Position numbers and translations under genes: made by a program. A stretch of 64,000 bases of DNA, taken from Eledone cirrhosa (taxonomy: Eukaryota). The stretch lies in assembly GCA_964016885.1 (NCBI GenBank), contig OZ024742.1, positions 128,092,001 to 128,156,000 on the forward strand, in the 5' to 3' direction. The notes beneath the pieces were generated by a model that was not told the DNA's origin, made no database searches, and saw nothing but the letters and a program-made list of their open reading frames with translations. Positions 53,402 to 64,000 of this stretch are shown here, one piece after another (positions within the stretch are counted from its first letter, which is position 1; each line of letters opens with the position of its first letter).

Positions 53402-53897
53402 GACGAACCCACAACATACACACGTCAACATACATACCTACATCAGCACACATCCCTACCCACATATAAACACAATGACACACGTAAACACACATGCTCT
53501 ATGGTGCAATACAAAAAAATATATGTGCATATATATGTATGTATATATGTATATATATATATGTAGTGAATATATGTATGTGTATATATATATAGTGAAT
53601 ATCATTTCACACCTTTTATTGTTAAGATTTTTGATGTTCTATTAAGAGAACCGATTTTACTGAAAAAATCGAATAATGTACACCATTTTACCAGGGGGGA
53701 AAAAATACTGGTCCCCCCCGCCCCACACACATATATACACAAACACATACACACGCGTACATCAACATACAAAGAGACTTATACACACACACACGCACTT
53801 CTCCGTATAAGACAAAAGCTGAAAAATATCTTTTGACATGCTAAAATACCCCCCCATTGCTTTCAGACACATTCTTACTGACCATCGAATTACTCTG

Positions 53898-53937
<40 letters not shown>

Positions 53938-53944
53938 ACACACA

Positions 53945-53979
<35 letters not shown>

Positions 53980-54042
53980 ATCTTAATAGCCATTTGACAC
54001 ACATCGCTGCTGGCCATTGTCGCAGCATCGAACACCTTACTA

Positions 54043-54092
<50 letters not shown>

Positions 54093-54561
54093 TTGTTGTG
54101 AAAGAGTCATTTCTCAATCTTGGCGCAAAACCAATTTTTTATCCACATGACCTCTACCGACCAATCAAAATTGTTTTGACCAAGAATTTTTGCTGGAGCC
54201 ACTTTTTTAACATAAAAACAGTCTTGGCGCAAAATCAACTTTTTACATTCACATGACCTCTACCGACCAATCAAAATTGTTTTGACCACAAGCATTTTTG
54301 CAACACAAAAATAACGCTGGAGCCACTTTTTTAACATAAAAACAGGTAGAATTCCCAAAACTAATCAGATCAGAGCAAACAGCACGGACACTCTATCTCA
54401 AAATTATTTTTGAAAAGCATTTAGAAATGCGCAACCGGTAAAAACTTAAAAACTTAAAACCACAACTGAATACTAACCCATACAATCACTAATACTCTTT
54501 TATTCCTAATTAAACCATTTTTCAACTGTGAACAATTTGTCAGCATTTTCTATTCCGTTTA

Positions 54562-54616
<55 letters not shown>

Positions 54617-54664
54617 TATAAGAATCTCTAACATCTATAATTTTCAGCAGGCAAAGGTGAATGC

Positions 54665-54710
54665 TAAGCTCTGATGACTACCAACAGTATGAAACAGATC
54701 TGTCAGCTTA
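54665..54710 (+). ncRNA. minimal type I hammerhead ribozyme
   Basis: taagct-CTGATGA-c-tac(caaca)gta-t-GAAA-cagatctg-TC-agctta; distal stem I gcaggcaaagg/cctttgtttgt. Confidence 0.82.
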
Positions 54711-54988
54711 TCTCCCTTTGTTTGTTGAAAAAAGAAGTGACATAGTCACTACTTCAAAATAATAGCGCAAGGTCTTCAAAATGTTTTTAATTAAACATAC
54801 AGTATATTGCCAAATATAGTATATATACATTCATGTATACATCGCTATTTCAGAGCACCAATTCTAATTTTCAATATATATATATATATATAAATGAAGT
54901 AATTCCGTCGGAAAAGTCCAGGAAAAAAGAGTGCTCTATGTAGGTAACAGAGCTTAATAGTTATGTAATAAACAACATAAGGCAATTA

Positions 54989-55048
54989 TTCCATTTACCA
55001 GTGGTTTCTTAAAAGCAAAAAATGTTGCTTTCAATCATCAGAATGAAA
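54989..55048 (-). ncRNA. type I hammerhead ribozyme (inverted partner of 57147)
   Basis: Reverse complement tttcatt-CTGATGA-ttgaaagcaa..ttgcttttaa-GAAA-ccactgg-TA-aatggaa. Confidence 0.82.
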
Positions 55049-55320
55049 AAATCTTTTTGTGTGTGTGTGTATGTATATATATTTATGTGTGTGTGTGTGT
55101 GTATATGTATATATGTATAAGGGTGCATGTATGTGCATCATTACATATAGTGATTTGATGATTATTTTCATTGATCTTTTGCTCCAGGAACTTGTTGAGT
55201 GCTCTAGGTCTGCTATGGGCATTTATACCCTTTTCTAAATATATATATTTTTATTTATTATTTGTCGTATTCCCAATTTTATTATATATAAAATATTTAT
55301 TTTATAATATTTATGTTCTT

Positions 55321-55351
<31 letters not shown>

Positions 55352-55410
55352 AATTAAAACAAAATGAAAACGAAATTTCATTTCTCACTCTTAGTATGGC
55401 ACTTACTTAA

Positions 55411-55916
55411 ATGTAAGTATGCATGTATACGTACATACATATATGTATACAGACGTACAGTAGCATGCACATATATATATATATATACATATGCATACAG
55501 GTACACATACATATATGCACGTATCAGTTTAGCGGCGCTAACGTCGCTTTGTTCGTTTGTAAACAAACTGAACAGCCTGAATTTATGCCATACGGTGTTA
55601 AGGCAACCACGTCACCTTTTTGTTCAACACTGACACAGGAACGATGTACTAGTTTCAAGCTTGTTAGCTATCATCAGCACCGTTTACCCATGTGTCAGTG
55701 TTGAACAAAAAGGTGACGTGGTTGCCTTAACACCGTATGGCATAAATTCAGGCTGTTCAGTTTGTTTACAAACGAACAAAGCGACGTTAGCGCCGCTAAA
55801 CTGATACGTGCATATATGTATGTGTACCTGTATGCATATGTATATATATATATATATATATGTGCATGCTACTGTACGTCTGTATACATATATGTATGTA
55901 CGTATACATGCATACT

Positions 55917-55921
<5 letters not shown>
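55411..55921. repeat. near-perfect ~227-bp-arm palindrome
   Basis: 55411-55637 versus 55691-55921, differing essentially only in (TA)n length; 53-nt loop. Confidence 0.95.
55640..55684 (-). ncRNA. minimal type I hammerhead forming the loop of the palindrome
   Basis: aacggtg-CTGATGA-t-agct(aaca)agct-t-GAAA-ctag-TA-catcgtt. Confidence 0.85.
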
Positions 55922-55977
<56 letters not shown>

Positions 55978-56092
55978 ATGCGTGTATGTGTGTGTACGTA
56001 TGCATACGTATGTGTATGTATATATGTGTGTAGGTATATATGTGTATGTTAGTAAGTATGTATGTGTATGTATGTGTATGTATGTGTATGTG

Positions 56093-56160
<68 letters not shown>

Positions 56161-56306
56161 GTATATTTTAGAGTTAAATAAGGTTCATATGAATTATCTA
56201 AGAATGAGTTTTACACACATATATATATATGTGTGTTTGTATTTGGTTGTGCGTGTTTGTGATATGTACGTATTTGTATGTGTATATTTGTATGGCTATG
56301 TATGTA

Positions 56307-56363
<57 letters not shown>

Positions 56364-56384
56364 ATGTGTGTGTATATATGTATA

Positions 56385-56417
<33 letters not shown>

Positions 56418-57040
56418 ATTTGTGTATGCGTATGTATGTGTTTATGTATTTGTATATGTATATTTATGTGTGAGAGTGTGTGTATGTATTTATTTTTACG
56501 TATGTATGTGTACGTGCATTTGTATGTATTACTTACCACGTGTGTTTGTTCATTTATTTGTTGCCTGTATCACTGTCAACTTTATAATAGTCTTTATTTT
56601 CTTTTTTATGTCTTTTATTATTATATATATTTTTTCTTATATTTATTTGCGTGTGTGAATATGTAGAGGTGTGTGTATATTTTTCTATTTTTGTGCATGC
56701 ATATGTATGCATGTATATATGTGTGTATGTATGTGTATGTATGTACGTGTGTATATACGTATGATTGTGTGTATGTATGTATGTATGTATGTATACGTAT
56801 GTGTGTATGGCTATGTATGTGTATGTGTCTGCATATATATATATATTTCTATTTCTATATATGTATGTATATATATGTGCGTGGTTGTATATATGTTGAT
56901 ATTTATGTGTGTATGTATGTATGTGTATATGTATGTGTATGTATATATATACACATATATATGTGTATATGTATGTGTGTATGTATATATATATATGTGT
57001 GTATGTATATAATTGTGTGTGTGTGTGTGTGTTTGCATGT
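55922..57040. repeat. low-complexity (TA)/(TG)/(TATG) compound microsatellite
   Basis: Direct reading; similar tracts at 38972-39240, 57700-58460 and 61536-61690. Confidence 0.95.
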
Positions 57041-57146
57041 GTGATTTTATTTTATTTTTCCTTTCCTTCTTTCTTCTCCAGCCTCACTTTCATATAGATT
57101 GCATTTTTGTTTTTAGAATCCAATATTAATAAATACACCAACATTT

Positions 57147-57206
57147 TTTCATTCTGATGATTGAAAGCAAAATATTTTGCTTTTAAGAAACCACTGGTAA
57201 ATGGAA
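57147..57206 (+). ncRNA. type I hammerhead ribozyme
   Basis: tttcatt-CTGATGA-ttgaaagcaaaat/attttgcttttaa-GAAA-ccactgg-TA-aatggaa. Confidence 0.85.
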
Positions 57207-57451
57207 TAATTGCCTTATGTTTTTTATTACATAACTATATATATATATATATATGTAGATAAATCTACCAAGAGTTTACGGTAGTGTCCAATCCGTATGA
57301 AGAACTCAATGTATTCCGGATATCATGGAAAGAAGAGATGTAATGAAAAATCACTTTCGGTGAAAGATAAACGGTATACAGAGTCAAGATAAAATATTAA
57401 ACAAATAATGAATAAAACAATGAAACAGTTCCTTATATTAAACAAAAAAAG

Positions 57452-57605
57452 TTCATTATTTAACGATCGTTTCTAGGATATATATGTGTTAGAATTGGCA
57501 TGCATATTCAACAGATCTATGTACAAAATTATACAAAATTATACAAACTATCAAGATTAAATATACATACCAACACATATATACGCCGTCTTCAGAAATA
57601 ATGAA
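57452..57605 (-). ncRNA. type I hammerhead with a very long stem II
   Basis: Reverse complement of 59086-59239, within inverted arm 57388-57698. Confidence 0.75.
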
Positions 57606-57882
57606 ATATATTTATTGATAATAACAACAATTCAAAATTTCAGGTCCGTTTGGGAACAAAATTGACCAATGAAAATACAAAAGGTTTTATGCAATTCGTG
57701 TGCAATGTGTGTGTGTGTATGTGTGTGTGTGTATATATATCTTTATATATGTGTATGTGTATGTTCGTGTAGGTGTATGTGTGTGTATGACTATATATGT
57801 ATGTGTGTATGTGTGTATGTATGTATATGTATGTGTGTGTACATGTATGTATGTGGATGTATATATATGTGTGTATATGTGT

Positions 57883-57916
<34 letters not shown>

Positions 57917-58214
57917 ATATATATATATATATGTATATGTATCTCTATTTGTATATGTATATGTGTATAGGTATATACCTTTTTCTTTGTATGTCTGAGT
58001 TGTGTGAGAGTGTAGTGGTGTTTGTATGTATATACCGATATATGGATGCGTAAGTATTTGTGTGTATGTATGTATGTATGTCTGTATGTATTTGTGTGTA
58101 TATATAGGTATGTATGTGTATATCTGTATGTATATAAGTATGTATGTGTATGTATATGTGCGTGTATGTGTATATATATGTGTGTCTATATATGTATGTG
58201 TGATTATATGTGTA

Positions 58215-58269
<55 letters not shown>

Positions 58270-58359
58270 GTGTATGTGTGTATATGTGTGTATGTGTGTA
58301 TATGTATATGTTTATATATGTGTGTGTATGTATGTTCTAAGTGTAGATGTGTGTATGTG

Positions 58360-58459
<100 letters not shown>

Positions 58460-59085
58460 CTTGATATATTTCTTTTTTCTTTTTTCTTTTTCTTTTCTTT
58501 CCTTTTTAATTTTTATTTTTTATTTTTTATTTCTTAGTTTATAGATACATCTATAAATAAGCAGTCTGCCCAAACCGTTGAATACTGACCTCTCCCCTCC
58601 CCCCCTCCCACCTAATTTCTGTATCTTGATCTAAATGTGTGTGGCAGTGTTTATGTGAGTGAATTAATATCCATGTGCTTATGATAATATTATATCCACA
58701 TATATATATGTGTGTGGGGGTGTGTGTGTGTATGTATGTTAGTAATTATGTGTATGTTTATGCATATACGCGCGCGTGTGTGTGATTGTACGGATATGTG
58801 TGAGTATGAGAATATGTGTATACACTTATTTCATATTTATGTGTCTATACGCATCTTATCTGTGCATTATAAACTTACAGAGACATTAACCTTGAAATTT
58901 TGTATTTGCATGCATCTTTTTGGTATGCGTATGCATGTTGAGCATACATTTTTGTATAAATATGTGTACGGGGAGTTACATGTATATACACACACCGAAT
59001 TGCATAAAACCTTTTGTATTTTCATTGGTCAATTTTGTTCCCAAACGGACCTGAAATTTTGAATTGTTATTATCAATAAATATAT

Positions 59086-59239
59086 TTCATTATTTCTGAA
59101 GACGGCGTATATATGTGTTGGTATGTATATTTAATCTTGATAGTTTGTATAATTTTGTATAATTTTGTACATAGATCTGTTGAATATGCATGCCAATTCT
59201 AACACATATATATCCTAGAAACGATCGTTAAATAATGAA
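59086..59239 (+). ncRNA. type I hammerhead with a very long (115-nt) stem II
   Basis: ttcattattt-CTGAAGA-[cggcgtatatatgtgtt...aacacatatatatccta]-GAAA-cgatcg-TT-aaataatgaa; within arm 58996-59302. Confidence 0.75.
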
Positions 59240-59293
59240 CTTTTTTTGTTTAATATAAGGAACTGTTTCATTGTTTTATTCATTATTTGTTTA

Positions 59294-59342
<49 letters not shown>

Positions 59343-59346
<4 letters not shown>

Positions 59347-59514
59347 TAGAATTGATGCTCTGAAATAGCGATATATATATGAATGTATATATAGTGTATT
59401 TTGCAATACACTGTATGCTTAATTAAAAGCATTTTGAAGACCTTGCGCTATTATTTTGAAGTAGTGACTTTGTCACTTATTTAAATTTTCAGCAAACAGG
59501 GGAGATAAACTGAC
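59343..59514 (-). repeat. diverged inverted copy of 54702-54871
   Basis: Shares gtcactacttcaaaataatagcgcaaggtcttcaaaatg and atcgctatttcagagca; homology stops at the GTC of the 54665 hammerhead. Confidence 0.8.
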
Positions 59515-59626
59515 TGGTGTATTGCAAAATACACTATCTATACATATATATATACGGTACGTTATTCCGGGTTGAATCGGAGGTAACCACAGTAAGTAAG
59601 GTACTCAATACATAGCAGAGTATAAA

Positions 59627-60141
59627 AGTTTTAATATAGATGGGATTCTACAGGACTAGAACTGTTTCATTCTTTAGAAATCATCAGGAATCTGGGTATC
59701 AAAAAATAAATATGGTATTTATAGGTCTCTTCAGGTGGTAGGAGGGGGTAGGGAGTGGGATGGGTAGAGGTCATTGGTTGATAGAAAAGGGAATTCATTA
59801 AAAGCTAATTCTTTAAAGCTATAATTTATATTTAGAGTAACAAAGGCAGAAATAATTCTATAAAAAAGTTCAGAAATAAGGAGTGGCACCCCTTATTTCT
59901 GAACTTTTTTATAGAATTCTTTCTGCCTCTGTTACTCTAAATATAAACTATAGCTTTAAAGAATTAGCTTTTAATGAATTCCCTTTTCTATCAACCAATG
60001 ACCTCTACCCATCCCACTCCCTACCCTCTCCTACCACATGAAGAGACCTATAAATACCATATTTATTTTTTGATACCCAGATTCCTGATGATTTCTAAAG
60101 AATGAAACACTTCTAGTCCTGTAGAATCCCATCTATATTAA

Positions 60142-60145
<4 letters not shown>
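59627..60145. repeat. ~255-bp-arm palindrome with a hammerhead near each outer end (59644-59692 minus, 60080-60128 plus)
   Basis: Centre cagaaataagg-agtggcacc-ccttatttctg; motif gattc-CTGATGA-tttc(taaa)gaat-GAAA-cag(ttctagtc)ctg-TA-gaatc. Confidence 0.9.
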
Positions 60146-60187
<42 letters not shown>

Positions 60188-60535
60188 AGAGAGAGAGAGA
60201 GAGAGAGTGAGAGTGTGAGTGAGAGAGAGTGAGAGAGGGGGAGGACTCTTTGGGATCATTTCAGAAGCTACTTCTGTGAAATTTCCCCCTACAATTTACA
60301 GAGGAAGATGAGGAGCCACTACTGCTATCACTGGTGGATTTATGATAATGCCTCTTCTTTTTCTTGTGTTTGGATTTCTTGTGTTTCTGTCAATAATTAA
60401 ATAAAACTGATGGGATTACGCAGTCAGCGCTAGTAGACTCATATTGTACAGAAACATATGTTAAGGAGTAATAAATTTTCTCCTAACCATTTCTTCCTGC
60501 CTAATCATTCCTATTTTTCCTGGTGCTATTACTAT

Positions 60536-60620
<85 letters not shown>

Positions 60621-60623
<3 letters not shown>

Positions 60624-60845
60624 CTTCTGGTTTTATGATTTCACAAATTTTTGCCAATAGAGAAAGAGTGAGTTGGTTTCTAACATAGTTACAAGACTCT
60701 CTCATTGAAATTTACACAACATCAACTAGGTAGATATGTCTGCATGTCTGTTTCGTGCAGATAAACTTGCTCGAGAGACGGGCTCCTACGCTTCGAGGTT
60801 TGTAGATGTTGTCGGAGAGATATGATGCGACATTCAAATGCTGTG
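60621..60845 (-). mobile_element. R4/Dong-like element fragment with 3' end
   Basis: 60621-60735 matches 62182-62290; adjacent TAFECRIISLRQHL-like coding scrap. Confidence 0.55.
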
Positions 60846-60928
60846 TGTATGTATGTATGTATGTATGTATGTATGTATGTATGTATGTATGTATGTATGC
60901 ATGTATGTATGTATGTATGTATGTATGT

Positions 60929-62105
60929 CAGGTCACCAGTTGGTGCTACTGGTAACATGTATCCCAGTATAACCTGTCTCATGGTCGGGTCGTTGGCGAC
61001 TAAACTGGCAACCCCACCAAGGTTTCTTGGTGAGGAGGGTGACTTTGGACATCCTGCAGGACAAAAAAAAAACCTGTCAAAGGCCAAAGGAGCTCTTAAG
61101 AGTCAATGGCCATCCAAAATCACCAGGAGAGATGACCCCTTAGCTTTTGTCAAGGCAGAATTCTAGGAGAAGGAAAACTCTGATATAACACCTGCAACCT
61201 TGATGGTATCCAATGATGTTGACTTGTTCTTCTTTTTGGTAAATATCATCTTGGTTAAGAGAGTGGGACTGGCTTTGTGCAGTGCCTTTGCTCACTATAA
61301 AAGCTTCACGGCACAGGCATTGCTTTATATCTGGAGATCTCTCTACACTTGTCGTCATATGGTAACATGAGCCCAGCACTATGTGTCAATAATTGTCACA
61401 AGTGTAGTGTTTGTACCAGAGTTTTCAAGTCGCTGGCTGGACTAAAACGTCACACTCGTTCAGCGTATCGGTAGGGGTTCTCTTACATGGATATAAAGTA
61501 GTGGCCGTACTCGAAAACGAGTTGGCAGCCACCATGTATGCATGTATGTATGTATGTATGCATGGATGTTTGTATATATGTATGCATGCATGTATGCATG
61601 CATGCATGCTTGTATGTATGTATGTATGCATGTATGTATGTATGTATGCATGTTTGTATGTATGTATGTATGTATGTATGTATGTATGTATTCCGGGAGA
61701 GATGACCCCTTAGCCTTTGTCAAGGCAGAATTCTAGGAGAAGGAAAACTCTGATATAACACCTGCAACCCTGATGGTATCCAATGATGTTGACTTGTTCT
61801 TCTTTTTGGTAAATATCATCTTGGTTAAGAGAGTGGGACTGGCTTTGTGCAGTGCCTTTGCTCACTATAAAAACTTCACGGAACAGGCATTGCTTTATAT
61901 CTGGAGATCTCTCTGCACTTGTCGTCATGTGGTACCATGGGCCCAGCACTATGTGTCAATAATTGTCACAAGTGTAATGTTAGTACCAGAGTTTTCAAGT
62001 CGCTGGCTGGACTAAAAAGTCACATTCGTTCAGCGCATCGGTAGGAGTTCTCCTACATGGATATAAAGTAGTGGCCGTACTCGAAAACGAGTTGGCAGCC
62101 ACCAT
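60929..62105 (+). mobile_element. non-coding element with (ATGT)n tail, 1.7 copies (61126-61535 repeated at 61696-62105)
   Basis: Direct repeat at offset 570; contains ctaggagaaggaaaactctga, a motif recalled from RTE 5' UTRs; each copy ends gttggcagccacc(atgt)n. Confidence 0.6.
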
Positions 62106-62181
62106 GTATGTATGTATGTATGTATGTATGTATGTATGTATGTATGTATGTATGTATGTATGTATGTATGTATGTATGTAT

Positions 62182-63115
62182 GTTCTTCTGGTTTTATAAT
62201 TTCACAAAGTTTTACCAATAGAGAGAGAGTCGGTTTCTAACATAGACACAAGACTCTCTCATTGGAATTTACACATGAACTAGGTAGGTATGTATGTATG
62301 CATGCATGTGTAGATATGGATGTTATTGTATGTGTGGATGTGTATGTTTTGAGTTGTATGTGTGCATGTGTATATGCTTTGCATCTGTATATGTGTATAT
62401 GCAGTTATTAGATGCAAAATATTTGGAATGTCTTACATATTTTTACTGTTCCATTAATGGATTGTACTTGTAATTTCCTAACTAGTTGTGTTCTTTCTAT
62501 TCCTGTGAAGCCTAGCTTCTCAAGATTTGTATAGAGGCAGTTACATATCCCAGTGTCCCAATAATCACAGGCATAAATCTGAAGGTGTAATCAGGGTGGA
62601 GTATCTGCAGATTTCTCATCAGTTCTGCATAAATGTTCTCCCTTTCACTAATCTTTGATAATATATTGGCATATGCTGGGCAGCTAATTTCCACTACTGT
62701 GCATGCTTTCTTCTCCCTGTCCCATATATCTGGTCTGTTATGCCTGCATTTTATTGGGGTTTTTTACTGGCACATTCCACCAGTACTCTTTCATATTATG
62801 TACATGGATGTCTTCCACATTGCTGTAGCTTTTAATGTGTTTATTATCGGGGCTATCTTTTTTACGAACTGCATTGTACAGTGTTTTGGCCACTACATCA
62901 TGCCTCATAGGTAGATAGTACCGCGATGACATCTTTGGACAGCTGCTGATGACATGGGTGATATCCTCGATGTTAGTTCTGCAGAGTCTGCACTTGTTAT
63001 CACATCTAGGTGTTTTACCTGCATCCCTATCTCTTTTGTGAATCAGGTATTTCGTGCTAATCTCCTGTTCCTGGATTGCAAAAGCGTATCCTTCAAAGTG
63101 GGAGCCAATATAGTG
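62182..63115 (-). mobile_element. R4/Dong-like RLE non-LTR retrotransposon 3' part
   Basis: EGYAFAIQEQEISTK, CRLC....EDITHVISSC (CCHC), RHDVVA, WWN.PV, NRPDI.D, VEISCP and PVIIGTLG. Confidence 0.85.
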
Positions 63116-63129
63116 GTTGTTGGTCCAAC

Positions 63130-63260
63130 AGCCGAAGGTGTGAGCCCCGCGAGTTGGAGTGGCTTTTCCAGCGCGTCTCCCTTGCCGTCCTCCGGGGAAA
63201 CGCCTTCTCCATTCTGTCCGCCGGGGCTGTGGGTGGGCCCCATCGCGTACCAATACATTA
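63130..63260 (+). mobile_element. CRE-like C-terminal fragment
   Basis: EPRELEWLFQRVSLAVLRGNAFSILS. Confidence 0.75.
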
Positions 63261-63319
63261 GTTAAATACCATTCTTTCATCGTTACAACTTATATCCACA
63301 TTAAAAACATCAATGTATA

Positions 63320-63902
63320 AAGTAAGGAATGCGGGACTGCGTACGGTTTATAATTTTTTATATCCCGTTTGTAAAATAAGTTGGATTATTTTGAATAAAT
63401 AATTGTTTCTACTTTTGGCGCAAGGCCAGCAATTACCCAGTACATTACGGGTACTTTATTTTATCGACCCCGTAAGGATGAAAGGCAAAGTTAACCTCGG
63501 CGGGATTTGAACTCAGAATGAATGATATTACATAATTTATCTAATAAATTTCTTGGCTGTTCATCAAACATTTTATTACTTATTTAAAGATTCACTTCTT
63601 TAAAATTTTCAAATGTCAACACTTCCGGTTAGCGATCGCTTAAATAAACATTCATATATTTCCGTCACTAATTTTCTCCTAATGCAGTTTATATATAATA
63701 TCGTCTTTTTTTAATGTACCATCGATTACGTTACTGATTATATGAGAGTGTAACACAGTCTTCATTCAATTTCTGTGTATATTGTCAATTACGATTTTAT
63801 TTGATGTGTCATATCTACATGTATATATACTTGCGTATAATATCAATATGCACACTACACAGACTAGCAGAAAACCACCCGAAGGGTGCTTTTTCTGCTA
63901 GT
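63320..63902 (+). repeat. second copy of the repeat at ~29140-30062, carrying a 5'-truncated family A SINE (63404-63516)
   Basis: Colinear with the 29 kb copy; ends in the palindrome actagcagaaaaccaccc-gaa-gggtgctttttctgctagt. Confidence 0.8.
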
Positions 63903-64000
63903 AATATTAATAACAACAACATTTTTGGCAGAGCTGTTCTGCTAGAGAACAGGTCGCAGATATGATGGCTAGTTGTGATATAAGCAGGCAACTGCCGGAC

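Larger units (their letters stand above)
49907..54570. mobile_element. young Penelope-like (Neptune-like) insertion forming a 1.7-kb-arm inverted repeat
   Basis: Left arm 49907-51618 and right arm 52829-54570 are near-identical reverse complements around a 1.2-kb spacer. Confidence 0.95.

Noticed and set aside
62738-63280. 180-aa ORF as a single protein
   Set aside because: It is a chimera of antisense CRE fragment and R4/Dong-like coding sequence.

Overview
AT-rich, microsatellite-rich animal genomic DNA, very probably octopus (inferred from the SINE families, RTE/Penelope/CR1/Helitron load and the [11 protein letters not shown]-type zinc-finger array). Two host genes sit head-to-head around a CpG/ETS-bearing region at ~16.6-16.8 kb: coding exons 1-3 of FKBP15 on the minus strand (15.5 kb first intron; the gene continues left of the window) and a 9-finger C2H2 zinc-finger gene on the plus strand. 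Most of the rest is transposon-derived: three RTE LINEs, a CR1, three Penelope-like elements (PLEs), CRE-like and R4/Dong-like fragments, Helitrons, a Tc1/mariner fragment and many SINEs. The main unexplained signal is a dense set of type I hammerhead ribozyme (HHR) motifs read by eye: 12 between 45.2 and 60.2 kb and several degenerate ones elsewhere. They belong to at least six unrelated short non-coding families that lie between (TA)n tracts. Most are arranged as fold-back inverted repeats, and one is a 480-nt tandem unit resembling a retrozyme. This suggests a family of PLE-mobilised, ribozyme-bearing non-autonomous retroelements whose palindromes may arise by cDNA snap-back on ribozyme helices. 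HHRs in PLEs and animal retrozymes are known in general, and novelty of these particular families cannot be judged without database searches. All alignments and folds were done by eye, so boundaries may be off by a few bases.
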